DNA of 64,000 bases from Cladosporium halotolerans (GCF_011745625.1 NW_027191456.1:248001-312000), one strand, 5' to 3'; numbered from the stretch's first letter, positions 1-14,473 are shown. Notes: generated by a model from the letters alone, not told the origin. A program made the numbers and translations.

Positions 1-291
1 GTCACGTTTCACCCAAGGCGGGCGAGGCGAGGCCCACTGGGGCTGGAAGTCTTCTGCACTTGGCGAGCACATAGGGTCAAATACTCGAAGTCTAGTATAG
101 GCATGACATGAGGGAATACCACTCAAGCGAGATATTTGCGAGTCGCAGACATGACTAGAAGGGGAATTGAATTCATATCTGAGCATGTCTATCGATTCGG
201 TTGGCAGTCGAGTTGTCATCCAAGGTGCACCGTTCGGGCGTATCGTTCGAGATATATGCTACTGGGTATAAAAATACACGCTTCACGACAC

Positions 292-2535
292 CTATTTGGC
301 ACGAGCCATCGGCCCCCAGTTCTCTCTGGGGTTCTGCTGATATCTCACCAGCCTCCTTCCCTTCTTGTCTCTCCCGAGCGCTTCGTCGAACACCACCTTC
401 ATTTTCTTCACATCGCCGGCTTTGTTTGCCGCCGCTGCAATCTCGTCGACTTCGTGTTCCGTCACGATCTCCGGCGATCCAGCGCCCTCTCCTGTCTCTT
501 TCTCCGGCTCCCGCGCAGCCTGCATGATCCTGTAACCGGGCATATTCTCCTTCAGCTTGCCCTCCTTGATCGGGCTTTTTTGCCTGACCCATTCGCGCAT
601 GATTTCCCAGATTGCCGACCATGGTGCTTCAGTCTTGATACTACCAGGCCTGCAATGACTTCTTGTCGCCCTGTACCCGGCGTGTCGCAGTGCGCCCTTG
701 AAAGCTGCCTCGCTGGGTGCCTGCGAGTGGATGACCTTGGACAGAGTCGAAGGAATGACGAAGAATGGAGACTCATCGATCTGCTCAGGAATAGTCCTGG
801 GAATCAGATCTTCATGTGCCGGTCCCTTTTCGGGGACATAGTTGGTGACATAGATCTCGTCGAGGGCGGTGTCAAGCATACCCTCGATGCGCTCGGTCGT
901 GCCGTAGACATCCTTGTCCGCAGTCTCAACGTCCTTGAGCATTCTCTCAATGAATGCCGCATTGTGGATCGGACCCGCCCACATAGGACCTGCCACGTGA
1001 GTTTTGCTGCCGCAGTGATCGCACAGGCTGTTGGCACTCGGCGCCTGGGCGATAGAGTATTTCCAGAATGTATTGTCACCCTTTGACGATGGCTGCTTCG
1101 TGTTTCGCCCCAACATCTGAGTCTTCCAAGCCCCGCATCCGTAGTCGCAGTTGTATGTGAGCATGGTCTTGCCTGCCAGGAACTTTACCTCCGCCGGGCT
1201 CTTACGCACGCGGACGAAGACACGCAGGTAGAAGTCAATGCTCAGGGAAAGCAAAGGCTCGATCGCAATGCCCTGCTTGGCTGCTGCAGTGGCAATCGAG
1301 TGCAAGACCAGACGCAGGCCGCCTTCGTGCGAATGGCTGCCTTTGATGGGCATCCCACCGTAAAGCGAGAAAGTCTTCTCGGGATAGCCGCAAGAAGCGA
1401 ATACACCAGAATCAGTGCATGTGACGCAAAGCATTCCGCCATCGTTGATCGCATGGAGGGCAGCGTCAATGAACGGTGCAGCTGTGCCATACGGATCGAG
1501 GTCAATAACATCGTACTTGCCCGAGACGTGGTCAGGTCCGTGGGACTCTTCAGGAGGAAAGGCGACGTAGTACATGTGAGCAATCGCATTGCCAGTGTTC
1601 GCTGTGATCTTGTCCTCCAGCCCATTGTGCTTTATATTGACTGCCATGCTCTCGACAGCTTTGCGATCCATGTCGTTCGCAACAATGGAAGTCGCAAATG
1701 GTATCTCTTGCGCGTATCGCAATGCTCGCAGACCCGTTGCAGAGAGCGCATCGAGAATGCGGAATCGTGGTTGCCAGGGCTTTCCCTCGTCCGTCTCGCC
1801 GTTGGCCGGAATAGCTTCGCTTGTGGATTCACCATTATTCGCGGCTGTGGTGGTCTCCACGTCCATCTTCTCAGCGTCCGCAGCATTTCCGTTGGTGTCC
1901 TCCTGCACAGCTTCAGCACCAGCAGCCGGAATCTTGTTTCCATCTGAGCCTTTTACCATTTTCGCAGGAGCACCGCTCTCAACATCCTCTTCCCTCTGCC
2001 TCTTCAAAGTTGCCTGATCCGCCTCGGCCTTCTCACTTCCACCCTTCACATCCTCCTTCTCAGCAACCTTTTTCTCGCCCTTCCGCTCCCTCTTCTTATC
2101 ATTCTTCTGCTTCCCACCCTCCCTCTTCATCCGCCTCCTCTCACAGATATCCCGCCCAAACGTTCGGATCGCAAGGACACTCAAATCGCGGTTGAACTGC
2201 TGGATGGGGTTGTAGAAGACCTTCTGGTTCTCAGACGCCTCTTTCGCGACTCGCGGGTCCAGTTCCGTGCGCGCCTTGGGAGGTACGAGAATGTAGGCTC
2301 GGCCCTCGCGAATGGTTCTGTAGACTTTGCCGTCGTGCTCGACGAGCTGGTCGGCGGCGGGCGCCGCTGTCAAGGGTACTGCAGTGTTGTCGGACATGAT
2401 GTCGGCTTTTTTGAAAGAGCTTGCCGCGAACGCTCTTTTGCTGTATTTCTGGTAATATGAAAGTCGAGGCACGTGTGCAGTTGTGGGGGATCTGAGGAGA
2501 GAACGGAAGCAGTTGGACAAAATGAGATGCCGCAT
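292..2535 (-). CDS. TRM1: tRNA (guanine26-N2,N2)-dimethyltransferase
   Basis: 747-aa intronless ORF with Trm1 motifs VFYNPIQQFNRDLS, ILDALSATGLRALRY, DVIDLDPYG, GPMWAGPIH and C-terminal RYQQNPRENWGP. Confidence 0.95.
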   Translation of the reverse strand: MRHLILSNCFRSLLRSPTTAHVPRLSYYQKYSKRAFAASSFKKADIMSDNTAVPLTAAPAADQLVEHDGKVYRTIREGRAYILVPPKARTELDPRVAKEASENQKVFYNPIQQFNRDLSVLAIRTFGRDICERRRMKREGGKQKNDKKRERKGEKKVAEKEDVKGGSEKAEADQATLKRQREEDVESGAPAKMVKGSDGNKIPAAGAEAVQEDTNGNAADAEKMDVETTTAANNGESTSEAIPANGETDEGKPWQPRFRILDALSATGLRALRYAQEIPFATSIVANDMDRKAVESMAVNIKHNGLEDKITANTGNAIAHMYYVAFPPEESHGPDHVSGKYDVIDLDPYGTAAPFIDAALHAINDGGMLCVTCTDSGVFASCGYPEKTFSLYGGMPIKGSHSHEGGLRLVLHSIATAAAKQGIAIEPLLSLSIDFYLRVFVRVRKSPAEVKFLAGKTMLTYNCDYGCGAWKTQMLGRNTKQPSSKGDNTFWKYSIAQAPSANSLCDHCGSKTHVAGPMWAGPIHNAAFIERMLKDVETADKDVYGTTERIEGMLDTALDEIYVTNYVPEKGPAHEDLIPRTIPEQIDESPFFVIPSTLSKVIHSQAPSEAAFKGALRHAGYRATRSHCRPGSIKTEAPWSAIWEIMREWVRQKSPIKEGKLKENMPGYRIMQAAREPEKETGEGAGSPEIVTEHEVDEIAAAANKAGDVKKMKVVFDEALGRDKKGRRLVRYQQNPRENWGPMARAK

Positions 2536-2856
2536 TCGTGGAATTCACCAGAAACAATCTAGAAAATCTGGGAGAGGGAAAGGACTCATGTGCCTATCAT
2601 TGGTACATCTCGTGGGAATTTATTCGAGCATCTTCACATGTCAAAGTTTCCTGCAATGAAGCTAAGCTAATAGTTTGAAAGGCAGGTTTGCCGAGAGTAT
2701 ATGTTCAGCACCTGAGATCGCTTCCCTCATGGGCCATCTCGGAAATATGCTGTGGTTGCTTCTCCATGAAATGTGACGTGGGTGGTATTGTTCATGAGTT
2801 TTGGTAGCTATTTCATGTGCATTGCCGCCGAGATGCATATCTACACAGAGCATCAT

Positions 2857-5800
2857 CTATGCTCTATACTCCTCTTTCAACACCCACGATCCTCTTCCCC
2901 GACTGCCTTTCTCCAGCCTGGCGATAGTCTTGAGCATTTCCCGGAACTCCGCCGTCCGCTGTTCATTCCCACAGTACCGATTGAAATGATCGACCAACAT
3001 CTGAGTCGGGGCCGATCCTCCATGGGCGACGAGGAAGTCACGAATCATCACCAGGAAGTCTTTGCCTTTAGGCTGTTCGCGACCACGTGCACGGCCGCTT
3101 GGCGTGCTTGAACGGCTGGAAGACGCGGAGCCACCTTGCCTCGACTGCAGGTTTGCGAGCACCGATGCAGAACTTGGTCCAGCGCCGCCTCTTCCGCCTC
3201 GCATGCCGCCACGGCCGCGAGATGCAGGAATGCGCTCTTCAGGTCGTCCACTGGACCCAACTTGGCCGGTCCAGGTTGGAACACCGGCGGGAATCGTGCG
3301 AGCTACTGCGGCTGAGCGTTGGAGTTCTCGTGCAGCTTGTGCAGCGACGCGTTTGGCTTCGCGCGCGATGATCTCGGGATCGGCGCGAATCGTCTTCTTG
3401 TCTCCGTTGATAATCGCGTCATGTTCGAGAGCACTCTGAACACCGGTACGGGCGAAGATTGAGGAGAGTACGCGATCTTTTCGCTGTGGCTGATCCCCAT
3501 CTTTGCCTGAAGGTGAAGGCTGGTTTTCCTCGTCCGGATTGCCGCGATAGTCCTCCTGCCGAGAGATGCCAGTGATGGAGTTCATCTCTTCTGCAGTCTG
3601 CTGCTTTTCGGGAGCATCAGGCATCGCAGCGTCGGCTTGGTCCTCGCCGTTACCTTGCTTTTCGGTGCCTGAGAGCTTGACCTCAGTCCCCTTGAAGATG
3701 CTACCTGTCTCAGTCTGGCCATCTTCACTGCTTCCAAGCGTGAAAAGATCATGCAAATCCTTCAACTGGAACGTTTGCCTTTGTTTCGGATCCCGCAAAA
3801 TCTTGTTGGTCAAGAATTGCTTGAAGATTTGCCGATGGTAGATCTTCTCTTCAATCGTGCCGGCGGTCATCAGACGGTAGATTTCAACCTCGCGCTTCTG
3901 GCCCAAGCGCCATGCTCGCTCACGCGCTTGAATATCTGTTGACGGATTCCAGTCTGGGTCGTAGATGATGACCCTGTTGGCTCCAGTAAGATTGACGCCG
4001 AGACCTCCTACTTTCGTCGTCAGTAGGAAGACATGTATATCTGGATTATTGTTGAACTCGTCCACGAGATCCTGGCGGTCCTTAATAGAAGTATTGCCAT
4101 CCATGCGGCGGTATTGAAAGCCTTCCATGCCCGCCACGAACTCCTGCAAAATGTCGAGCATAATGCGGTGTTGTGCGAAGAGCAAAGTCTTGTGGCCATT
4201 GCGCTTCCAGATCTCGAGCAAGGCTTTGACGACCTGCATCTTGCCGCTTTTGGCACCGCTACCATATGCATAGCCACCCTTCTTCGAGAGCGTTTTGTGC
4301 TCCACCAGGTCCGGATGGTTGCAGATCTTACGGAGAATATCCACGCCGTACAGCGCTTGCCGTTTGCCGTCCAGGATGGATCGCATCTCTTCAGAGTTGA
4401 GAAAACTTTGATAATTGTCGAGTTGCAGCTTTGTCAGCTTGCAGAAAAGCACCCGCTCGCTCTTTTTGGGAAGGTCTGCTGCCACATCGATCTTGAAACG
4501 CTGCAAGAGGTACGGGCTGATAGCATCCTTGAGCGTCTCTGCACATTTCATAGCCGTCTCAACCTGCAAATTCGATGCGTTGGCGTAGCCACCCTGTTTG
4601 ATCGGGATCTCAAACTGATTTCGGAAGTCGACGAGCGTACCGAGTCTCATCGGGAAGACGAAATCAAACAGGGACCAAAGTTCGGTGAGATTATTCTGCA
4701 TTGGCGTACCAGAAAGGATCAGCCTGTTGTGAGTGCGCAGCTCTTTGCAGTAAATAGTGATGGCAGTGTTTGGGTTGCGGATCTTGTGGCCTTCGTCGAG
4801 GACTGAGTAACCCCATTCCGTCGGAATCAACAGTTCTGCGTAAGTTTGCAAGCCAGAGTAGGTAGTCACTAAGACGTGCCCTTCTCGCGCGACTTTGTCG
4901 ACAATCCGCTGTGCAGCCCTGTTACTCTTGCTAGACCTCCTTTCACGATTGTAATCGATCTCCTCCAAATCATCCTCGATACGCGCTTCGCGCTTGACGT
5001 CCAGCATTCCACTTCCAGATGTATGCAAGATAGAGACACGAAGAGGAGGCCACCACCGATGGAACTCATTGACCCATTGTTGCATGACTGTAGCCGGACA
5101 GACGACGATGATCGGCTTGGTGAGCTTCTTGGAGTAATGCAGACCGGCCAGGAAAGATATGACTTGTACTGTTTTGCCAAGACCCATTTCATCTCCTATG
5201 ATGCCGCCAACCTGCTGTGAGAACAACTCCCAGAGCCACTGCACGCCTGTCTTCTGATAGTCAAAAAGAGCGGGATATATGTCGCCAGGTATGTGTAATC
5301 CGCCCTCGAAGACAGTGTCTGTTCTCGTGGGATGTGGAAGATGCCATTCGTCCTCCTGCTCAGCAATGTTCGCAAGATGATCATCTGGCTCTTCGTCTTT
5401 GATCAACACCGGCTCCTGTGCTTCTTCGTTCTGCTGCGTTGTCGCCTGTTGATCTTTGTGCCGTTGACGTGCGGTCCTACGCCGATGCACCCAGCTGTTC
5501 AGTCGCTTCTTGTACACCGTCTCATTTCCATCATCGATACCAGCAAGATCTTCCTGCATGGAAGCATCTTGCACCGTCTTTTCCTTCTTCCCTTTACGGC
5601 CCTTTCGTTTAGGCAGAGGTGCTGTGTCCAGCGAAAAGCCACCCTCTGCCTCTTCATCTTCAGACTCATCCGATGCTCCAGCACGCCCAGCTGCGCGTAT
5701 GTCATCTTCAGGTACGTACACACCATCAGACTCGTCCGCAGGGGCGCTCGGCGACTCTGATCCGTCGCGAGCCGGTCTTCTGGTTTGTAGACGTCGTCGC

Positions 5801-6648
5801 TTTGCTGGCCTCTGGGATGCAAACTCTTCTTCCTGCAGCCTACGCGCCATTTCAGCGTCCGCGTCGGTAGTCGTTGCCGTATCACTTGTCTCCTCTTGTT
5901 CGAAGCCGGGCGCAAGAAGATTCCTGTGCGACATCGGTTCAGCAAGAGGCTCCTCGGGCTCTGCTTCATCCGGCATCTCCTCGTCTTCCTCTTCTGCATC
6001 CATAAGCACATCTCCCAGACTCGAAGAGGTCCTCAGAAGCTGTCTCCCAAGCTTCGAAAAGGGCGTGATCTTGCCCGTCCGGATCAAGTATTCGCGCTGG
6101 CTCTCACCAGGCATGCGCTTGGTGCCAGCATCCTCGAGCAAACTATCCCCGTTCTGCGTCCCTTCCCCAGTCTGCTTGCGATCGTCCATTCGCTTTTGTA
6201 TTTGCTGCAGGTCCTTATCGAAGCCCTCAATCTGCACCTTGTAGTGCTGCACCTCTGCGCGGATCTTCTGCTTCGTCGCATGGTTGCCGAACTCGGTGAG
6301 CTTCTGCTCCAGTCTTCGCACCTGTCCATCCAACCTGTCGCGGTCTTTCTGAGTCTTGTCAAGTCGCTTCTTGTCGCGCTCATTCGCTTGCTCCAGGAGG
6401 AGCTTGTCCGCTTGGCGGCCGATGTCGCGCTCGAGGTCGTCCTGGTCGCGGACGCCGGTCGCGAGTTCCGCCAACTGCGTCGCTTCATCCTTCTCGTCAT
6501 TACCGTTGTCTCCGTTCTCTTGACTGGCTCCAGAGGATGTGTGCTCGTCCGTCGAAGGCATTGGAGGCGGTTCGGCGGGATGTGTATTTGGGGAAGACGG
6601 CAGCGATTCACGGCTGGGCGCGGTGGACTCGTCTGTTGTAGGATCCAT
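2857..6648 (-). CDS. RAD26: SWI2/SNF2 ATPase for transcription-coupled repair (Rad26/Rhp26/CSB/ERCC6)
   Basis: 1263-aa ORF with LIRTGKITPF, GGIIGDEMGLGKT (Walker A), LDEGHKIRN, SGTPMQNNL, QARERAWRLGQ and a C-terminal winged-helix-like tail ending WVLKEEY. Confidence 0.95.
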   Translation of the reverse strand: MDPTTDESTAPSRESLPSSPNTHPAEPPPMPSTDEHTSSGASQENGDNGNDEKDEATQLAELATGVRDQDDLERDIGRQADKLLLEQANERDKKRLDKTQKDRDRLDGQVRRLEQKLTEFGNHATKQKIRAEVQHYKVQIEGFDKDLQQIQKRMDDRKQTGEGTQNGDSLLEDAGTKRMPGESQREYLIRTGKITPFSKLGRQLLRTSSSLGDVLMDAEEEDEEMPDEAEPEEPLAEPMSHRNLLAPGFEQEETSDTATTTDADAEMARRLQEEEFASQRPAKRRRLQTRRPARDGSESPSAPADESDGVYVPEDDIRAAGRAGASDESEDEEAEGGFSLDTAPLPKRKGRKGKKEKTVQDASMQEDLAGIDDGNETVYKKRLNSWVHRRRTARQRHKDQQATTQQNEEAQEPVLIKDEEPDDHLANIAEQEDEWHLPHPTRTDTVFEGGLHIPGDIYPALFDYQKTGVQWLWELFSQQVGGIIGDEMGLGKTVQVISFLAGLHYSKKLTKPIIVVCPATVMQQWVNEFHRWWPPLRVSILHTSGSGMLDVKREARIEDDLEEIDYNRERRSSKSNRAAQRIVDKVAREGHVLVTTYSGLQTYAELLIPTEWGYSVLDEGHKIRNPNTAITIYCKELRTHNRLILSGTPMQNNLTELWSLFDFVFPMRLGTLVDFRNQFEIPIKQGGYANASNLQVETAMKCAETLKDAISPYLLQRFKIDVAADLPKKSERVLFCKLTKLQLDNYQSFLNSEEMRSILDGKRQALYGVDILRKICNHPDLVEHKTLSKKGGYAYGSGAKSGKMQVVKALLEIWKRNGHKTLLFAQHRIMLDILQEFVAGMEGFQYRRMDGNTSIKDRQDLVDEFNNNPDIHVFLLTTKVGGLGVNLTGANRVIIYDPDWNPSTDIQARERAWRLGQKREVEIYRLMTAGTIEEKIYHRQIFKQFLTNKILRDPKQRQTFQLKDLHDLFTLGSSEDGQTETGSIFKGTEVKLSGTEKQGNGEDQADAAMPDAPEKQQTAEEMNSITGISRQEDYRGNPDEENQPSPSGKDGDQPQRKDRVLSSIFARTGVQSALEHDAIINGDKKTIRADPEIIAREAKRVAAQAARELQRSAAVARTIPAGVPTWTGQVGSSGRPEERIPASRGRGGMRGGRGGAGPSSASVLANLQSRQGGSASSSRSSTPSGRARGREQPKGKDFLVMIRDFLVAHGGSAPTQMLVDHFNRYCGNEQRTAEFREMLKTIARLEKGSRGRGSWVLKEEYRA

Positions 6649-7091
6649 GGTGCTGAGCCTTGACGCGCAACAGCGCCTGCACGCTGTCGCTCACAAAGGT
6701 AGAACTTAAATCGATCACAAGTGAGGATCAGATCTCGCGTGCGGTCACTTATGCTTGAACGAGCAGAGGAAGGCAAATGAGTGCGAATCAAGGTCGGCAG
6801 ACTCCACCAAAAGAAAGTAGATGGAAGGACTGAAGTCACTTGGATGCGACGTGCATTTCTTGGGAAAGCGCAAGGGAAGTGAAGGCAGCAGCGAGCGCAA
6901 ATGCGACAGCCGATGACGCAGGGCAAGCGATCGCCGACGCTGGCATCGGCGCTAGGATCGAGTCGCCGATTCTTTCTCATCATCACTTTGCGAACGACAC
7001 AGGAATACGCTTGGATGCACAAGTGAGAACTTGTGAAACTTTTCCCATTCATGAAGTATTGGTTCTGAATCTTGTGAACGTCAGACCTTCC

Positions 7092-8751
7092 TTACTCTTG
7101 GTCAATCGTTCCAAGTAAGCCCTCCGCCAGATCCTCCCAGAAGTCAACCGTGTCTGCCGCGTCCCTCTCCAACAACGCTGAAAGTGGGGGCATCTCTTCA
7201 AGAAGATCCTCCAGCGTCGAAAGCTCTTCATCCAGGCCATGGCGGGCTTTTTCGAGCGTAAGTAACTGTTTGAGGATACGCAGCGAGTAGATCGCAGCTT
7301 GGCACATTGCAGAAGCATGCAATTCCTCCCTAGACTCTGGACCATCTTTCATGAGGATTCGTATGATCTCCTCTTGAGATAGTACGTGGCCGCGCTCCGC
7401 AAACGCGGCAAGCGCATAGTACATAGCAATGTAATTGAACCGTTGCGCCGCAGTAGCTTTTCTCGGGGGCAGGAAGTCGCGCACGCCTGATATGATTGAT
7501 GTGTAATGCTCCATGTCTTCTCTCCAGGCTGGCTTCGATCGATAGGTCTCAGCATGTACGGAAATACCGCGACGCGTATACTCTTCGATGCAGCAGGACC
7601 TTGGCTGGTGTGAAAGAACCATGCGGTAGGCCGCATTACGGATATTTTGTCCTGATATCCATGCAGAGAACTTGCTGACGTCCTCTAACAGGGGAACTAA
7701 GAATATGTTTGCGGGTTGGTCGCGCGTTCGTGGAAATTCAGGCATCAGTTGATGAGCGAGCTCTGCGATCCTTGGGTCCATTTGTTCGAGCACCTCGACG
7801 ACCGATGCATTGACTTCCAGGGTACTGTAGTCTGGTTTTTCAAGTTCCTTTTGGAAAGACGCAAACTCCGTGTCGTTCTGAAGCGGTGTCTTTTTCGCTT
7901 TTGCGACTGCAGCGTCAAAGCTCAGATGATAATCCTGGCTCATGAAGAAGGCTGTCGGAATCAAGCTGTCGACATAAGCAGCAGAAGCTAGTTTTGCTGG
8001 GAAGAACACATTTGCCTCAGCTTTGACTGTATCAAGTTCGCGGTTTCGCACAAGCCCTGTTAGCAGCATAATGCGCGTTTGTCTACCGCTCGCTTGAACC
8101 AACAAATCCGAATCGTTCGTGATTATTGTTGCCATCTTGCCCGTGCGAGTTTCATACGCGATGGCTTCTTCTGCGCAGTAGCTGTCGGCTTCGGCAGGCA
8201 CAACTCTTACAGATTCCTTGAACCTGCTAGACTTGATTGCTTCGATTACAGCTGGCACGAGGAATGGCGGGTCCGGAAACCTGTTCCTGCTAATCACATT
8301 TGCAGTAATTGGTTGATTTGCCTCCTTCAACTGCGACATGATCTTCTCTAGACGTTGCTTTCTCGTGGCTAGTTTTGTATGTGGCAATACCCCATCAAAA
8401 TAAATAGCATGGCTTACCTTTAGTTAGAAATGCATACAACAGCCATGACAAAAGCTTCACTCACATGTTCAACCCTACCGCTTCAATATCCTCCAGGAAC
8501 TCGGTTGTACGCCTACCAATGTCGCGATAAGAAGGTCTTAAATCTGCGGCGGCGCCAGAGTTGTGGTCCTCGCGGTATCCGCCACATACATGATAGGCTA
8601 GCCCGGGACCATCAATGATGGCGATTTGGCCGTGTTGGTCGCGCTCATCCCGCTCGGCTTTGTCATCTGCTCCAGAGTGCTGCGGTCGTCCTTCCAATGT
8701 AGTCCATTGTCCACGGTTCAGAAGACGAAGGGTGAGTCCAGGTATACCCAT
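7092..8751 (-). CDS. Asteroid/XPG-like PIN-domain nuclease family protein (2 exons; intron ~8413-8464)
   Basis: Exon 1 starts MGIPGL and contains AIIDGPGLAYH. After the predicted intron (GTGAGT..CTAAC..AAG) the frame reads HAIYFDGVLP, then VPAEADSYCA and ITNDSDLLV, the XPG_N/XPG_I acidic motifs. Confidence 0.8.
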
Positions 8752-9837
8752 TGTGAGATCCTTGGGCACAACGTCCAGAGGTGCGAAAGGTGACTCAACA
8801 AACTTACGTCTTCAAATATTCGGCCATGAACGAACCCTGTTTCCGCGAATTGAACGACCTTGACAAGCCAGGAGAAATTCTCTAGTCGGCTCACTCTTGG
8901 TGTGACTGGATCCAGAATTCTTACGACCACATCACCTCCTTTGCAGTGTAAGGCGCGTAGGTAGAGCGCACAGATAGGAACACACCTCTCCGGCCGAGTA
9001 CAGAGAAGTGCTAAAAGGCAACGCAGAGGCGACTTAGCTCGTGACGCCACAATGTCAAACACGCGTTGCTTATGTTTTGTCTCGCCTCATAGAGAGCTGT
9101 CACAAGTCGGTTGGCGGGATGCAATTGACAGAGGACGAATCTGCGCTGCAAACATCAGTGGAAGGTCGGCCCGCTTCACCGTGGTTGATCGCTCCTCCGC
9201 CCGTTGCGCTGCGGTGCGAAGTCAGCGACGGTGTATGAGACACGCGGGACTCCTGGCTGATCTCTGCGCTGCGGGCGAAATCCGCGCTGCTTTCTGGGCT
9301 GCTGTGTGGCTCGAGCCGGACGTGCCCAGAGAGAAGTGCGGAGGTGGAGAACGCGCAAGTCTCCACCCGGGTCGTGGAGGGGTGGCGCTATAGACATTCG
9401 AAGAAACATCCTCTGTGCCACCTGCAGACGTCGTACAGTACCTTTACTACCGCACACGCCCCAGCCGTCGACCGAGACGAACAAACTCACGGCGAGCCAG
9501 CGTACTCGTGGAATCTGCTTCCTGTCACCGCGCCTCGCCTTTGCCCTAGGCCGCGGATGAGGTGCAGCAAGATTCGCTTGGAAAAATTGGCAGCGTGACA
9601 TTGGTGGAAATCCAAAGACCTTAGCCAGCCGCATCCTGTTCCTGCACGTCCGACTCCCTAACCCCCGCGATGCAGCCCTCTGTTGTGCTCACGGGATCAG
9701 ACCTTGTTGCAGGCATGGCACGCGTGGATTCATAACAGCCGCGGGTTACCTCTTCTTTTAGCACCAAGCACTCGGAATATAAAACAAGCATCACTCTACG
9801 CGGCCGCGGCGTCTCGCCACATACGACAACCAAGACA

Positions 9838-11669
9838 ATGGGTGCCTTTTACAATGTCCTACTTGCCCTTTTTGCGGCGACAGGGTGAGCGATCGGACAC
9901 TGCACGCCATGTAATCGTGATGCTGACTACCCGCTTCACAGGTCGTTCCTATTTGGATACGACTCGGGAGTGATGACTGATGGTATGTCATTTTTCAGCA
10001 TCCAGTCCTGGTTTCATCAGTTCAGCGATGCTCATCCTCTTCTGCAGTCATCGACTCACCTAATTTTCTCAATTTCTTCAATACCGACAAAACGAGTGCC
10101 ATTATTGGAGCTATTAATTCCACATTCTCGGGTGGAGCAGTTTTTGGATCTCTAATGGTGAGGATTTATTTCTTCGGCTCATAAGCAGAGCAATTTCAGA
10201 CTAACCCCGTCTGCTTTTCCCAGGGCGGCTTCACCATGGATAGATTTGGCAGAAAACGGACTGTTCAGATCGGTGCTGCTATTGCTACTGTGGGCGGTAT
10301 TTTGCAGGCCGCTGCTATGAACCTCGCCATGATCCTAGTTGGCAGAATCGTCTCCGGATGGGCAGTTGGCCTGATGTCGATGTCGGTCCCGGTCTACCAA
10401 GCAGAGTGCGCCCACCCTAGAATGCGAGGCATGATTGTCGGCCTGACTCAGCAAATGATCGGCATCGGCTTCATCATTTCTACCTGGGTCGGATATGGAT
10501 CCAGACACACATCAGATGCCAGCTCGTTCCAATGGCGCTTTCCCCTGGCATTCCAAATCATCCCGTCGGCGCTGCTTCTTGTGGGATTGATTTGGCTGCC
10601 TGAGAGCCCTAGGTATCTCATTGAGAAAGATCACGATGAGGAGGGCATGAGGATCTTGCGCAAGCTGCATTACAACGGCTCAAACGAAGAATGGATTCAG
10701 TCGGAGTATAACGAGATCAGGGCCACGCTTTCTGCAGAGAAAGCCATCACTGCTCCTGGCTGGGGAGTCATGTTTACCGTTCCGCAATGGAGAAAGCGTC
10801 TACTTCTGGGCACGCTCGTCCAAGTGTTTACACAGCTTACTGGTATCAGTGAGTATCCCTTTTACTGGCCACGGGCCACATTTGATTCGACACTAACACG
10901 TTCTTCTAGATGTCATTGGCTACTACCAAACCACCATGTACAACGCATTGGGCATTGTCGGTCATCGCGCAGTCCTCGTCGCAGGTATCTACAACTGCGT
11001 CGGACCCATTGCCAACGCCATCTTCATCTTCTTCATTCTCGACCGAGTTGGACGCAAGAAGCCACTCCTTTTCGGTGCCGCCGGCATTACACTTGCTCTT
11101 TTCGCGGAAGCTGGTCTGAACGCCGCGAATCCCAAAGGCACACGCCAGGGCTATTCGATCGGAGGCGTCTTCTTCTTGTTCCTAGTCTCGGTCATATTCA
11201 GTCTTTCTTTCGGCCCCATCAGCTGGGTCTACATGTCCGAAATCATGCCCATGCAAATCCGAGGCCGTGGATGTGCCTTTGCAACAGGCATCGGCAACTG
11301 GCTCGTCTCAACCCTGTTTGCTCAAGTATCTCCGATCGCTCTAGGAGAGATCACCTGGGTGAGGATCCCTTTTCCCATCTGCGAACGGAAGAATTCTTGC
11401 AGCTGATACTTCAACAGAAATACTACTTCATTTTCGCTGCTTTCAACATTGTGGTAACGATCCCGACGATTTGGTTCGTGTTCAAAGAGACGTCTCGCAA
11501 GTCCCTTGAGGAGATTGACCTTTTGTTCGGGGAGCGCGCTTTGGGAACTCTGCCGGATCAGATTGGTGCCAAAGATGTCGATGATGCAGTCCGGAGAGAG
11601 AGCGTTGCTAACGAGAAAAGCGTTGAGGTCAATCAGGCGCAAGTTGCTGAGCACAACGAGCGGACTTGA
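9838..11669 (+). CDS. MFS sugar porter (hexose/quinate-type transporter), ~6 exons
   Basis: Spliced N-terminus MGAFYNVLLALFAATG-SFLFGYDSGVMTD (introns ~9885-9941, 9983-10047, 10158-10223, plus two later ones). Sugar-porter motifs DRFGRK, PESPRYL, DRVGRK and ETSRKSLEEID are present. Confidence 0.9.
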
Positions 11670-12459
11670 GCATGGGTTGCGAGTATAATGGGTCAACGAG
11701 AAGCTTGAAGCATGATCCTAGCACTCCATACAATAGATGAGCTCGCTACCTTTCCAGAAGGTATGCCTAACCGTAGCAAACATTTCACGACAGACGGGCA
11801 CCTGTTGCGTTTTGGACGACGTTTTGGCTACTAATCCAATCAATCTGGTTCCTCAAGCCGTCGTTTCGCGTTTACACATGCCCTTCAATTGTCATAAATT
11901 GCTCAAGCAGGAGATCTGAAGCGTCTTGCCCACCCAAAAGCATCGACTTCCCACTGCGCTCATATGACCATTCGTGCCTCCACCTTCCCCTCCGGTCACA
12001 AGCCGGGAACAATCTCGCGCGACCTGCACGCCGCAGACGCGCTGCTCGCCACCCGCCGTGAGGTCTAGCAGCGCACCGCGGTTCTGCCCAGTCTTCCCCC
12101 AAACTGTACCCCACGCCCGTCCCATAACCCCGCACCAACGGCCGTTTGACCCACCATCATCACTCTCCCCAGTAATGAGCCCTCCTGCGGGCCAGCCTCC
12201 GCCGAGAACGCAGCTCCTGCGGCTCATGTGCACACGCGAGCCTCACTACGCGCCCATACGGCAGGTTGGAGCGTCCTCGGGGGTGTGATCCGCCGGACGG
12301 GCGGGCGTCTCGCTGCATTCATGACGCTCGCGGATCGACCTGCGGTGCTGATTTGAGTTGCATAACTCCACTCTCGATGATAATGGAGAGGAGAGCCGCG
12401 TGTGCCGTTCGCGAGCCACAGGTCTGGGACGGTAGTATAGTGTAGACGGACGTATTTAA

Positions 12460-14473
<2,014 letters not shown>

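Noticed and set aside
136..1086. 316-aa plus-strand ORF and other ORFs antisense to TRM1 and RAD26
   Set aside because: Shadow ORFs arising from codon bias on the real coding strand, with no recognisable motifs.
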